A stretch of DNA of 64,000 nt from Chloroflexota bacterium. Its GTDB lineage: Bacteria; Chloroflexota; Anaerolineae; JAAYZQ01. Positions 1 through 9,987 of the stretch are shown here, in pieces. The translations under genes and the position numbers were made by a program. How positions within the stretch are numbered: position 1 is the first letter of the stretch; every line of letters starts with the position of its first letter. The stretch spans positions 50,629-114,628 of the forward strand of contig JAGVRI010000005.1 of NCBI GenBank assembly GCA_018606645.1. Direction: 5' to 3'. The notes under the pieces were generated by a model. It was not told the DNA's origin. It did not search any database and saw only the letters and a program-made list of their open reading frames with translations.

Positions 1-577
1 TCTCAAAACTCCCCCCATAGGCATCGTTGCGGCGGTTGTACCATGGCGAAAGAAACTCGTTGATCAGATAGCCGTGGGCGCCGTGGATCTCGACCGCATC
101 AAAGCCCGCCTCACGGGCCCGCCGGGCCGCCTGCCCAAATGCTTCGACCAGCGCTTCGATCTCGGGGATGGTCAGCTCCCTCGGAACCACTCCCACATCT
201 GCGTCGGGAATGGCCGACGGGCCCACGATCTCCCCTCCCGAATGTTCGGGTCTGGCCCTGATCCCTCCGTGGTGGATCTGAAGCGCGATCTTGGCCCCAT
301 GTTCGTGGACCGCATCGGTGAGCCGCTTGAAGCCGGGGATAAAGCGATCGTCATAGATGCCAAGCTGGGTGGCTGTGCACCGCCCGCCCGGGTCCACCGA
401 GGTATACTCCACGATGATCAGACCCATCCCCCCTTCTGCGCGACGGCGGTGATAGGCAATGAGCTGATCGGTCACTTCATGATCGGTCGATCCGTAGCCG
501 GTGTCCATAGGCGGCACGACGATCCGATTGCGCAGCGTCATGCCGTTGATAGTGATCGGTTGAAACAGATGCTCCAT
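1..577 (-). CDS. NADH:flavin oxidoreductase (Old Yellow Enzyme family), N-terminal part; runs off the window edge
   Basis: Not in the ORF track. Manual translation from ATG 577 gives MEHLFQPITINGMTLRNRIVVPPMDTGY...GAKIALQIHHGG...GFDAVEIHGAHGYLINEFLSPWYNRRNDAYGGSFE, which has the OYE motifs. Confidence 0.92.
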   Translation of the reverse strand, partial: MEHLFQPITINGMTLRNRIVVPPMDTGYGSTDHEVTDQLIAYHRRRAEGGMGLIIVEYTSVDPGGRCTATQLGIYDDRFIPGFKRLTDAVHEHGAKIALQIHHGGIRARPEHSGGEIVGPSAIPDADVGVVPRELTIPEIEALVEAFGQAARRAREAGFDAVEIHGAHGYLINEFLSPWYNRRNDAYGGSFE

Positions 578-589
578 GGTAGTCTTTCC

Positions 590-1249
590 TTACTGCCCGT
601 CGGTCTGCAACCCGGGCTCAAGCCATTTCCGCCACAGGGTCTGGCTTCCGCCCACTGCCGCCGTCGCCAGGAACGCCTTGATCAGGTCCACCAGGATAAA
701 GGGACGCACCCCCAGATGCCACGCCCCGACCAGGGCATTATCGAACGACCCCAAGCGGGTCGCTTGGAGCCAACCCGCCAGCCACAGCCCTCCTCCGCTG
801 TAGATGACCGCCAGGGCCGCCAACGCTGCGGCCAGCAGGCTCATTCGATGGCCACGTAACGCCTCACTCACTCGGCCGCCGACCCACGCCGCAATGGGGA
901 ATGCCATAAGATAACCGCCCGTCGGACCCAGGAGAACGGCCAGCCCGCCGGTTCCACCGGCAAAGACCGGCAACCCCAGCGCTCCGGCGGTCAGGTAGCC
1001 TAGCTGACTGCTCAGCCCTCCTCGACTTCCCAGGGCCAGACCACTCATGAGGGCAACTAACACCTGCAAGGTGACCGGCACTGGCGAGAACGGCAGTCGG
1101 ATGGCAAATTGCGCCCCGAGCGCCGTCAGCGCCGCAAAAAAGATCGTGGGCCCTGCCTCTCGACATAGCGCCTCGATCCGATTTGAGATAGCTGCTCTTA
1201 TGTACAACGGTCCCTCCTGCAAATGTGATGATGTTCTCTTGTCCGTCAA
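590..1249 (-). CDS. bioY: Biotin transporter BioY
   Basis: PFSPVPVTLQ, GLPVFAGG and LLGPTGGYL BioY motifs; hydrophobic; same cluster as a biotin carboxylase. Confidence 0.92.
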   Translation of the reverse strand: MTDKRTSSHLQEGPLYIRAAISNRIEALCREAGPTIFFAALTALGAQFAIRLPFSPVPVTLQVLVALMSGLALGSRGGLSSQLGYLTAGALGLPVFAGGTGGLAVLLGPTGGYLMAFPIAAWVGGRVSEALRGHRMSLLAAALAALAVIYSGGGLWLAGWLQATRLGSFDNALVGAWHLGVRPFILVDLIKAFLATAAVGGSQTLWRKWLEPGLQTDGQ

Positions 1250-2406
1250 CCTATCCGCTCAATAATCGTGGCGATTCCCAACCCCCCGAAACAGCACATC
1301 GTTTGCAGACCCAGCGTCCCATCCCGACGTTCCAGTTCGTGGAGAAGCGTCGTCATGATCCGCGCGCCACTCGCTCCAAGGGGATGCCCGACGGCAATGG
1401 CACCTCCGTTTACGTTGACCCGATCCATGGGAGGATCGAGTTCCCGCTGCCAGGCCAGCACCACCGAAGCAAAGGCCTCATTGATCTCGATCAGGTCGAT
1501 GTCGTTCAGGCGCATCCCGGCCCGTTTCAGAATGCCGAGGGTCGCCGGAATCGGACCGGTCAGGGCGATGACCGGATCGGAACCGACCACCAGTTGGGCG
1601 ACAATGCGAGCCCGTGGTTTGAGTCCCAACGCCTTGGCTTTCTCCAGGGACATCAACAGCAATGCAGCAGCGCCATCGGAGATGGGGCTGGAATTGCCGG
1701 CGGTGACCCGCCCATCATCCTTAAAGGCCGGTTTGAGGTTGCTCAGGGCCTCCATACTGGTGTCGGCGCGGATGGTTTCGTCGGTGTCCATGAGCCCGGT
1801 CTGCCCCTCAACAGTCACCGTCAGGGGGAGAATTTCGCGGCGAAAGCGGCCCTGAGCCGTGGCTTGGGCAGCCAGGCGGTGGCTGCGCAGGCTGTACACG
1901 TCCAGTTCCGTCCGGGTCAATCCCCATTGCTCGGCGATCATCTCGGCCGCCAGCCCCATACTGGTAATCGGGTATCGGCTCAACAGCTCTTTGGTAAACG
2001 GGCTCCCTTGTCCGTTGATCTGCCGCGTGCTGCCCATCGGCACGCGGGTCATACTCTCCACTCCACCGGCAATGACAATGTCGCACGTGCCGGTCTCGAT
2101 CAGGTTGGCAGCAAAGTGCACGGCTTGCTGCCCGGATCCGCACTGTCGGTCGACGGTGGTGGCCGGCACGGTGACCGGGAACCCGGCCAACAGCGCCGAA
2201 TTCCGGGCAATGTTCAACCCCTGATCCCCGGCCGGCAACACACACCCCATGACAATATCATCCACCATCGCCGGCTCGATCCCGGCGCGGCGGACCACTT
2301 CATTGAGTACGGCAGCGGCCAGTTCGGTCGGGTGGAAATCTTTGAGTTTGCCATTCCGCCTCCCAGAAGGAGTGCGTACGGCCTCGACAATCACCGCTTG
2401 GGGCAT
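1246..2406 (-). CDS. Thiolase (acetyl-CoA C-acyltransferase)
   Basis: MPQAVIVEAVRTP start; DRQCGSG nucleophile, NEAFA, GHPLGASG and MCCFGG motifs. Confidence 0.93.
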   Translation of the reverse strand: MPQAVIVEAVRTPSGRRNGKLKDFHPTELAAAVLNEVVRRAGIEPAMVDDIVMGCVLPAGDQGLNIARNSALLAGFPVTVPATTVDRQCGSGQQAVHFAANLIETGTCDIVIAGGVESMTRVPMGSTRQINGQGSPFTKELLSRYPITSMGLAAEMIAEQWGLTRTELDVYSLRSHRLAAQATAQGRFRREILPLTVTVEGQTGLMDTDETIRADTSMEALSNLKPAFKDDGRVTAGNSSPISDGAAALLLMSLEKAKALGLKPRARIVAQLVVGSDPVIALTGPIPATLGILKRAGMRLNDIDLIEINEAFASVVLAWQRELDPPMDRVNVNGGAIAVGHPLGASGARIMTTLLHELERRDGTLGLQTMCCFGGLGIATIIERIG

Positions 2407-2425
2407 GGTCGTTTTTCCCTCCGTC

Positions 2426-4099
2426 TTATATGGCTGTGCTGGGTTCATGGCTCCCGTACACGCGGCGCAGCGCGTCGCAGATCTCGCCCAGGGTAGCGTA
2501 GGCCTTCACCGCCTCGATGGTGGCCGGAATGATGTTCTCATCCCGGCGGGCGGCCGCTTCCACGGCGGACAACGTGCGCGCCACCGCCTCCGCATCGCGG
2601 GTCGCCCGCAGCTCCCGGAGGCGTTGGACCTGGCGCCGCTCCGATTCCGGATCGACCTTGAATAGTGGGATATTCACTTTTTCGTGTTCATCCTGGTACA
2701 TGTTGAGTCCGACGATGACTTTATCCCGACTTTCGATAGCCTTCTGTCTTCGATAGGCGGCGTTGAGCAGTTCCTGTTGAAAGAACCCTTGCTCGATGCA
2801 GGCGACGGCACCGCCCATCGCTTCCACGCGTTCGATGATCTCACCCACCTCCCGTTCAATGCGGGTGGTCAGGTGCTCCAGGGCGTAAGACCCCCCCAGG
2901 GCGTCAACCAGGTTCGTTACCCCGATCTCGTGGGCGATAATCTGTTGCGTACGCAGCGCGACGGTCACCGCTTCTGGGGACGGAAGACAATAGGCCTCGT
3001 CGAAGGAAGAAGTAGCGATCGTCTGGACTCCGCCCAGGACCGCCGCCAACGCCTCGACCGTCACCCGCACAATGTTGTTGAGCGGCTGCTGCGCCACCAG
3101 GTTGCCGCCCAATGTGTAGGCCAGAATGCGCAGTTTCATCGACTCGGGATTTTGCGCACCGAACCGGGTTCGCATCAGACGCGCCCAGAACCGGCGAGCT
3201 GCCCGGAATTTGGCCACCTCTTCCAGGAAATCGATGCTGGCCGACAGGAAGGTAAAGAGCTGGGGGGCAAAATCGTCAATGCCGAGACCACGAGCCAGGG
3301 CACTTTCAATGTAGGCCAGGGCATTGGCAAAGGTGAACGCCAGTTCCTGGGACGCCGTGCTGCCGCTGTCCCGGATGTGATACCCGCTCATGGCCAGAGG
3401 CACCCACTTGGGCAGATATCTGGCGCAATACTCGATCACGTCCGTAGAGAGCTTGAGGGAGGGCCGTGGAGGAAAGATGTAGGTCCCTCGGCTGATATAC
3501 TCCTTCAACACGTCGTTCTGGATGAAAATACGGACGTTGGAGGGATCGACTCCCTGCTTTTCAAAAGCAGCCACGCAGAATGCCAGGAAGATAGGCCCGA
3601 TGGCGTTGGCCGTAGTCCGGATCTGGCGCACCTCTTCCAGGTCGATGCCCTCAAAGAGACGCTCCACATCGGCCAGGGACCCCAAGTGGACGCCGACCTT
3701 GCCTACCTCGCCCTCCACCAGCGGATGATCGGCATCGTAGCCCATTTGAGTCGGCAGGTCCAGAGCGATGGAGAAGCCCGTCTGCCCCTGAGCCAGCAGC
3801 ATCCGGTAGCGCTCATTGGCCTCTTCGGCCGAGCCAAAGCCCGAGTATTGCCCCATGATCCAGAAATCACGACGGTACATGGCCGGGCTGATGCCACGGG
3901 TGAACGGATAGAAACCCGGATAGCCAAGGTCTTGCTGGAAATCAAACCCCTGCTCCTCAAGGCTGGCCGGCGTGTACACCGCCTCCAACGGCAGTCCAGA
4001 ATCGGTGGTAAAGGTCTCTCGTCGCTGTGGCTCTTGAGCAAGAGCCTGTTCATATTGCCGGCGCATATCCTGGTCCACCTGATCGTCATGATGCTTCAT
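2426..4099 (-). CDS. Adenosylcobalamin-dependent mutase, methylmalonyl-CoA mutase family large (substrate-binding) subunit; no B12 domain
   Basis: PGFYPFTRG, QYSGFG, DLPTQMGYDAD, IQNDVLKEY, SGYHIR, EVAKFRAARR, SFDEA and D(A)LGGSY motifs; no DxHxxG domain. Confidence 0.93.
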   Translation of the reverse strand: MKHHDDQVDQDMRRQYEQALAQEPQRRETFTTDSGLPLEAVYTPASLEEQGFDFQQDLGYPGFYPFTRGISPAMYRRDFWIMGQYSGFGSAEEANERYRMLLAQGQTGFSIALDLPTQMGYDADHPLVEGEVGKVGVHLGSLADVERLFEGIDLEEVRQIRTTANAIGPIFLAFCVAAFEKQGVDPSNVRIFIQNDVLKEYISRGTYIFPPRPSLKLSTDVIEYCARYLPKWVPLAMSGYHIRDSGSTASQELAFTFANALAYIESALARGLGIDDFAPQLFTFLSASIDFLEEVAKFRAARRFWARLMRTRFGAQNPESMKLRILAYTLGGNLVAQQPLNNIVRVTVEALAAVLGGVQTIATSSFDEAYCLPSPEAVTVALRTQQIIAHEIGVTNLVDALGGSYALEHLTTRIEREVGEIIERVEAMGGAVACIEQGFFQQELLNAAYRRQKAIESRDKVIVGLNMYQDEHEKVNIPLFKVDPESERRQVQRLRELRATRDAEAVARTLSAVEAAARRDENIIPATIEAVKAYATLGEICDALRRVYGSHEPSTAI

Positions 4100-4137
4100 C
4101 GCAGAACACCTTCAAAACTCCAGAACACCAGTCCGGA

Positions 4138-6093
4138 CTAGATCTCACGGCCAATTTTGGCTCCTTGGTAGATGGCATCAATGGCAAAGCCGGGTTGCGT
4201 GCAATCCCCAATTTCATGCATCTCAACGTCCAGTTTCTTGATCTCCTGGGCCAGGTCTCGATTCGGTCTGGCACCAACTGCCAGCACCACCGTGTCCACC
4301 GGGCCCAACGATGCCTTCCATGTCAGATCCAGGCCGGGTTCCTGGCGGGTGAGCAGGACCTGATGATCTTGGATCGCCTCCACTTTGGTCGAGGTCAGGA
4401 TTCTCACTCCCGCTTTGTCCAGGCGCTCCAGCAGAAAATGTTTGGCGTCCGGCAACATGTCAGGACACACAGCGTCCAGCATCTCGACGATGATTACCTT
4501 CTTGCCTCGCTCGCTCAAAAAGTCAGCCGTCTCTGCCCCGCACGAACCACCACCAACTACCACAACCCGTTTCCCTGTTTCTACCTTTCCGCTCAATACA
4601 TCATCCGATGTCACCACGTACTCCTGATCCGCTCCCGGAATGGGTGGGATGATAGGGCTTGCTCCGGTGGCCACAATGACCACATCAGGCTTGAGCGCGG
4701 CGACATCGTCTGCGGTGATGGTGCGTCCCATCTCAATCCGGGCGCCATGTTTGACCGCCTGATCGCGCAAATGCTCCACGACCTTGTAGAAATGCTGTTT
4801 GCACGGGACCTGAGACCCCAGATACCAACGTCCACCCAGGCGATCCTGCCTTTCGTATACGGTCACTTCATGCCCCCGCAATGAAGCCACCCGCGCCGCC
4901 TCCAGTCCGGCTGGTCCACCCCCGATCACCATGACTTTCTTGACCTTCTCGGCTGGCGTGATCGGGAACTCGCCTTCCCGCCCCGCCTCAGCATTGACCA
5001 GACAGATGGTATGGCGAACCTTGCGGTTGGGGTCATGGCAGCCCTTGTTGCAACTGATGCAGGGCATGATGTCATCGAGTCGTCCCTCTGCGGCTTTACG
5101 AGGCCATTCTGGATCGGCGATCAACGCCCGGCCCAGGTTGATGACATCGGCCTGGCCGTTCTGGAGGATCCGTTCGGCATGCTCGGGATCGGTGATGCGG
5201 CCGGCCACCATCACCGGCACGTCCACTTCGGCTTTGATCGCCTCCGCATAGGGCACACTGTGGCCCGGCTCCGAGTAATAGTTGGACACAGTCCAGTAGT
5301 ACGGAGCAATCCCCCGCGAGACGCTGATGGCCGCCGAACCTGCCTCCACCAGCATCCTGGCAATGACCTTCATATCCTCAAGGGTCAGGCCTCCCTCGAC
5401 CAGTTCGCTCCCGATAATCCGACACCACACCGGGACGCCGTCGCCGACTTGGGCCTTCACCCGCCGGAGCAGTTCCAAGGGAAACTTCATCCGACCATTC
5501 AGGTCGCCGCCGTACTCATCGCTCCGCTTGTTGGAAAAGGGCGACATGAACTGACATGGGAGATAGCCGTGGGCGTAGTGAAGCTCAATGGCATCAAAGC
5601 CGGCTTCGATGCAACGGCGCGCCGTCTGGGCATAGGCTTCGATGATCTGCTGGATCTCGGCGACCGATAGCTCCTTGGGTTCGTCGCTGTATTTCCCCCC
5701 TCTGGGGATCGGCGACGGCGCGAGTGGTTGTTGCCCTTCAATCGCCGCCCGAGTGGTCTGACGCCCGGCATGGTGCAGTTGAGCCGCGATCTTGGCGCCA
5801 TGGGCTTTCACTGCCTCCACCAGGCGCCTGTATCCAGGAATCAAACTGTCGTCATAGAGTCCTAGCTGACCCACCCCAAAGCGGGCCTGAGGATGCTGGA
5901 CGTAGATCGAACCGACAATCAACAGGCCGGCTCCCCCTTTGGCGCGCGCCTCCATAAAGTCGATCTGAGGCTGGGTCACGGTGCCCCGCTCATCTGACAT
6001 ATAGTTCGCCATCGGAGCCAGCGCAATCCGATTGTGCAATTCCATCGGCCCGATCTGGATCGGGCTGAACAAATGCTCAAATGCTTTACTCAC
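4138..6093 (-). CDS. OYE-family FMN/[4Fe-4S]/FAD oxidoreductase (2,4-dienoyl-CoA reductase/BaiCD-like architecture)
   Basis: HYAHGYL, CISCNKGC-x11-C, GGGPAG and GGGSCG motifs; GTG start at 6093 follows GGAGG. Confidence 0.92.
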   Translation of the reverse strand: MSKAFEHLFSPIQIGPMELHNRIALAPMANYMSDERGTVTQPQIDFMEARAKGGAGLLIVGSIYVQHPQARFGVGQLGLYDDSLIPGYRRLVEAVKAHGAKIAAQLHHAGRQTTRAAIEGQQPLAPSPIPRGGKYSDEPKELSVAEIQQIIEAYAQTARRCIEAGFDAIELHYAHGYLPCQFMSPFSNKRSDEYGGDLNGRMKFPLELLRRVKAQVGDGVPVWCRIIGSELVEGGLTLEDMKVIARMLVEAGSAAISVSRGIAPYYWTVSNYYSEPGHSVPYAEAIKAEVDVPVMVAGRITDPEHAERILQNGQADVINLGRALIADPEWPRKAAEGRLDDIMPCISCNKGCHDPNRKVRHTICLVNAEAGREGEFPITPAEKVKKVMVIGGGPAGLEAARVASLRGHEVTVYERQDRLGGRWYLGSQVPCKQHFYKVVEHLRDQAVKHGARIEMGRTITADDVAALKPDVVIVATGASPIIPPIPGADQEYVVTSDDVLSGKVETGKRVVVVGGGSCGAETADFLSERGKKVIIVEMLDAVCPDMLPDAKHFLLERLDKAGVRILTSTKVEAIQDHQVLLTRQEPGLDLTWKASLGPVDTVVLAVGARPNRDLAQEIKKLDVEMHEIGDCTQPGFAIDAIYQGAKIGREI

Positions 6094-6172
6094 ACGTGCC
6101 TCCAAAAAGTGATAGTTGCGAAATGGAAACAGCGGCTGGCATGGGGGAGATGGCCCACACGTCGAAATGGCC

Positions 6173-6925
6173 TCATTGGGTCAACCACCCGCCATCCACC
6201 ACCAATGTGTGTCCGGTTACGTAATCTGCGTCATCGCTGCACAAAAAGATAACCGCGCCGACCAGGTCCTCGGGAGTGCCGGCGCGTCCCATCGGGATTT
6301 TGGCCCTGACCCTTGCCTCGAAGGCTTCGGCGCTGGGAAAGTACCCTTCCGTCAGAGGGGTCCTGATCAGGCCAGGCGCGATGGCATTCATATTCACATG
6401 ATAAGGCGCCAGCTCGGCCGAAGCCGCAGCCGTCAACATCCTGACCCCCGCCTTGGAGATGGCATAAGGTACCTCCGATCGTCCAGCGACGAAGGAAGAG
6501 GTCGAAGCCACATTCACGATCTTGCCGCGTCCCTGCTTCACCATGACGCGCGCGACAAACTGGCTGCAAAAAAAGACCGCTTTGAGGTTGATGTCGATGA
6601 TCCGGTCCCAGACTTCCTCCGTCGTTTCCAAAAATGGGGTGGGGAGCGCGATGCCAGCGTTGTTGACGAGAATGTCAATCCTCCCGAATTCCTGCAGCGT
6701 GCGCTCCACCATCCGCGCCAGATCGGAAAGCACCGAAACATCCACCTGAAGCCCCAGCGACCTGCGGCCCATTCTTTGGATCTCGGCGGCCGTCTCGATC
6801 GCCTTGTCCTCTTGGATGTCGGCCACGACGACGTGCGCCCCCTCGCCGGCCAGGCCCAGAGCCAGGGCGCGGCCGATCCCCTGGGCGGCTCCGGTCACGA
6901 TCGCGATTCGATCCTCAAGCTTCAT
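6173..6925 (-). CDS. Short-chain dehydrogenase/reductase (SDR)
   Basis: TGAAQGIG, NNAG, YAISK. Confidence 0.93.
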   Translation of the reverse strand: MKLEDRIAIVTGAAQGIGRALALGLAGEGAHVVVADIQEDKAIETAAEIQRMGRRSLGLQVDVSVLSDLARMVERTLQEFGRIDILVNNAGIALPTPFLETTEEVWDRIIDINLKAVFFCSQFVARVMVKQGRGKIVNVASTSSFVAGRSEVPYAISKAGVRMLTAAASAELAPYHVNMNAIAPGLIRTPLTEGYFPSAEAFEARVRAKIPMGRAGTPEDLVGAVIFLCSDDADYVTGHTLVVDGGWLTQ

Positions 6926-6961
6926 TGAACACCTCGATATTCCGCATGCTGAACGGCAAGT

Positions 6962-7624
6962 CTATGCATAGCGCAACCGCCGTTCGAGCAGGGCAACGCC
7001 TTTGGAAGAAAGCCAGACGATGCACACATAGATCAGGGCCACCGTGGTATAGAACTCAAAGGGCCGCCAGGTCATCGTCGTCTGCACCTGCGCCGTGCGC
7101 ATCAGTTCCATCACGCCGAGCAGGGAGACCAACGAGGAGTCCTTGATGGCTCCCACCCACATGTTGCCGACCGGAGGGATAATGATCCGGATCGCCTGGG
7201 GCAGGATCACATACCGATAGGTCTGGGCAGTGGTCAATCCGATCGTCATCGCTGCTTCGGTCTGGCCCCGACCAATAGCCTGAATCCCCGAGCGAAAGAT
7301 CTCGGCCAGATATCCCCCGTACTGGGTCGACAGGCAGATTGCGGCGGCCAGAGTCGGCTCAAAATCGACTCCCGTCGCCATGGCGATGCCAAAATAGAGC
7401 CAGATCAGGTACACCATTTGCGGGATGCCGCGAAAGAAGTTGATGTAGAGGGCCGCCGGCACGCTCAGGAAGCGATACCTGGAGATGCGCAGTAGGGCGA
7501 TAAACAGGCCGATCAAACAGCCGAAGGAGAGCGCCAACACCGCCAGCATAAATGTATACCGCAACGAGGCCAACAGCACGTTCCACACTCGCAAGACCGG
7601 ACCAAAATCAGGGATATAGGGCAT
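6962..7624 (-). CDS. Polar amino acid ABC transporter permease
   Basis: FFRGIP, YLAEIFRSGIQAI..GQTEAA, VILPQA. Confidence 0.92.
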   Translation of the reverse strand: MPYIPDFGPVLRVWNVLLASLRYTFMLAVLALSFGCLIGLFIALLRISRYRFLSVPAALYINFFRGIPQMVYLIWLYFGIAMATGVDFEPTLAAAICLSTQYGGYLAEIFRSGIQAIGRGQTEAAMTIGLTTAQTYRYVILPQAIRIIIPPVGNMWVGAIKDSSLVSLLGVMELMRTAQVQTTMTWRPFEFYTTVALIYVCIVWLSSKGVALLERRLRYA

Positions 7625-7645
7625 CGCCGAGCCTCCTGTTCACCT

Positions 7646-8308
7646 CTAGCCAACCTTCAATCTTCGCTCAAGAACCTGGTTGCCGTAGAAAAAGACAAAG
7701 GTCAGGATGATATACAAAACGGCCGCCGTGGTATAGAACTCAAATGGCCGGAAATAGTCATTGGAATTCAGATACGCCGTGCGCATGATCTCCACCACGC
7801 CGATGACCGAGAGCAGGGAGGAATCCTTGACCATGGCGATCCACATATTCCCGATGGAGGGGAGGACAATGCGGATGGCCTGGGGCAGGATCACGTGCCG
7901 GTATGACTGCGTGGAGGTCAAGCCGATCGCCATCGCTGCTTCCCTCTGGCCACGGTCAATCGCTTGAATGCCCGACCGATAGATCTCGGCCAGGAACCCC
8001 GCATACTGGGTCCCCAGGGAAATGACCCCGGCGACGAACGGCCGAAAGTTCACATTGAGCAACATTGCCAGGCCATAGTACACCCAGAAGATGAGCACGT
8101 ACTGCGGCGCACCCTGGAAAAAGTTGATGTAGCCCTGGGCCGGCGTGTTCAAAATGCGCGATTTCGAAATGCGCATCAGAGCAATGATCAACCCCAGGAT
8201 GAGCGCAACGACCATCGCCACGGCAGACACGGACAGGGTCATCCGCACCGCCAGCAGGAATTCATCCATGTTATCCAAGACGACCTTTAAATCCAGCTTA
8301 TACCCCAT
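7646..8308 (-). CDS. Polar amino acid ABC transporter permease
   Basis: EIYRSGIQAIDRGQREAA, VILPQA, KDSSL; start trimmed to MGYKLD. Confidence 0.9.
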   Translation of the reverse strand: MGYKLDLKVVLDNMDEFLLAVRMTLSVSAVAMVVALILGLIIALMRISKSRILNTPAQGYINFFQGAPQYVLIFWVYYGLAMLLNVNFRPFVAGVISLGTQYAGFLAEIYRSGIQAIDRGQREAAMAIGLTSTQSYRHVILPQAIRIVLPSIGNMWIAMVKDSSLLSVIGVVEIMRTAYLNSNDYFRPFEFYTTAAVLYIILTFVFFYGNQVLERRLKVG

Positions 8309-8373
8309 CGGAACTCGCTTCGCTCCATCCCCAATACAAATGTGAGAACCACACCAGGTTGATGTCGGTGTTA

Positions 8374-8414
8374 GAGGCCTGGCTTTCCACCACGACCTGG
8401 GAAAGCCAAGCCTC
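8374..8414 (-). terminator. Stem-loop downstream of SBP gene (terminator or mRNA stabiliser)
   Basis: GAGGCCTGGCTTTCC...GGAAAGCCAAGCCTC inverted repeat. Confidence 0.55.
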
Positions 8415-8466
8415 CCCCAGGCGTCCAAGCGATTGACTACCGCCGACGAATCATGGTGCGTACGGC

Positions 8467-9366
8467 CTATTCCCAGGTGACCTCACCTCTCAGGGTCGGG
8501 CCGACGATCTTGTCATACAGGGCCGGCAGAGTGCCCCGATCCCAGTACCAGGCGAGCCAGGAATCCAGGTAGTGTAGGAAGCTATGCTCGCTCTTGCGCA
8601 CCGGGATGCAACCCCACTCTCGGGCGAGAAGGCCTTTGCTCTCATCGGGATAGCCGAGCACCTTGGTCTTTGGATGTTTGGCCGCAAAGGGCATTGCCAG
8701 GTACAATTCAATGACACAGCCATCGGCCCGGCCGGCCTCCACCTCCAGCATTACTTCCGGCACATTCAATGGCACGATCTCGGCCTGAGGGAATGCATCC
8801 CGGGCTCGGTACTCGGCCGAAGCTCCGATCTGGGCGGTGATCTTTTTGCCGGGCTTGTTTAGTTCCCGCCAATCGGTGGCCGTCTCGTCTGCTCGCACCA
8901 ACAGCCACTGGTCATAGGGCACATACCCTCTGGTGAATTCAAAGGTGAGCAGTCGGGAAGGTTTGTTCACAATCCCAACGAGGGCCGTGTCATATTTACC
9001 GGCGGCCACACCCGGCAGGATCGCCTCCCACTCGACATCCACCAGGTCGAGCTGCACCTCCAGGTCCTGGGCGAGCATCTTCATGATCTCAACGTCGTAG
9101 CCGGCCGGCTCGTTAGTCTGCGGGTCCCGGTACATCTCCGGCGGAAACTTGAGCGTGGTGGCGATGGTGATCTTGCCCCGTTTCCGGATCTGCTCAATGA
9201 TGTCCCCAAAGGCCCCCGCTGCTGCTTTGACCTCCGCCGCAGGGGCAGCAGCGCCCTCTGTTTCGGCCTTGGGTTTGCAGCCAGCCACCAGCCCTGCCGC
9301 CGCTGTCAGACCTACAGCCACCCCGGCCGTCTTGAGAAAATTCCTTCGATCAAGCTGTTCGTCCAT
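8467..9366 (-). CDS. Polar amino acid ABC substrate-binding protein (SBP family 3), Tat lipoprotein
   Basis: DRRNFLK twin-arginine motif, LVAGC lipobox, GYDVEI family 3 motif. Confidence 0.9.
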   Translation of the reverse strand: MDEQLDRRNFLKTAGVAVGLTAAAGLVAGCKPKAETEGAAAPAAEVKAAAGAFGDIIEQIRKRGKITIATTLKFPPEMYRDPQTNEPAGYDVEIMKMLAQDLEVQLDLVDVEWEAILPGVAAGKYDTALVGIVNKPSRLLTFEFTRGYVPYDQWLLVRADETATDWRELNKPGKKITAQIGASAEYRARDAFPQAEIVPLNVPEVMLEVEAGRADGCVIELYLAMPFAAKHPKTKVLGYPDESKGLLAREWGCIPVRKSEHSFLHYLDSWLAWYWDRGTLPALYDKIVGPTLRGEVTWE

Positions 9367-9619
9367 CGAAAATCCCCCTCCTCATGTTTCAAGATTGATA
9401 CCACTGAAAGATCCTTGAATCCTACTGTGAGACGATGCGTAGCGGCCTCTGCGTGGTCCCTGTTTACCTCACCTCCTTCCTGGAACTACCCCCTGACGCT
9501 TCTCTGATGGCAGTGGCCCCCAGGTCCTGCGATTGTGCCGCAGCGTCGATCCTCTACTGGCTGGAGAATTGAGGCGCGTCAAGGGAGCCAGAATCCCATC
9601 GCTCGGCTCTGTCCGTGTC

Positions 9620-9982
9620 CTACTCCAGCTCTCGGTCGGAGCCGGGCAAGAACGCCGGCCCGTTCATCACCAGATAGGCCATGTGCCCATCAAACACATA
9701 GGGCACGCTGCGGGGGATGAACACCAGGTCCCCGGCCCTGACCTTGAACGGTGCCCCATCGCCTACCTGGAATTCACCATCCCCCTCGATGATATAGTAC
9801 ACCCGGTCACTCAGGTCACAGACCATCTTTTTGTGATGACCCCAGATTTTGACCCAGGTGACACTGATATCCTGGCTGTGTTGGGCGCGGTTCACGGCCG
9901 TCTTCATCACCAGTGGGTACCCTTCTTCTCGGATTTCCGGAATATCCTCCAGCCGAATCAGCATTTTGTTCTCCTTGACCAA
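9620..9982 (-). CDS. Cupin-domain protein
   Basis: VYYIIEGDGEFQVG...VRAGDLVFIPRSVPY cupin motifs; alternative ATG at 9964. Confidence 0.8.
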   Translation of the reverse strand: MVKENKMLIRLEDIPEIREEGYPLVMKTAVNRAQHSQDISVTWVKIWGHHKKMVCDLSDRVYYIIEGDGEFQVGDGAPFKVRAGDLVFIPRSVPYVFDGHMAYLVMNGPAFLPGSDRELE

Positions 9983-9987
9983 ACGAA

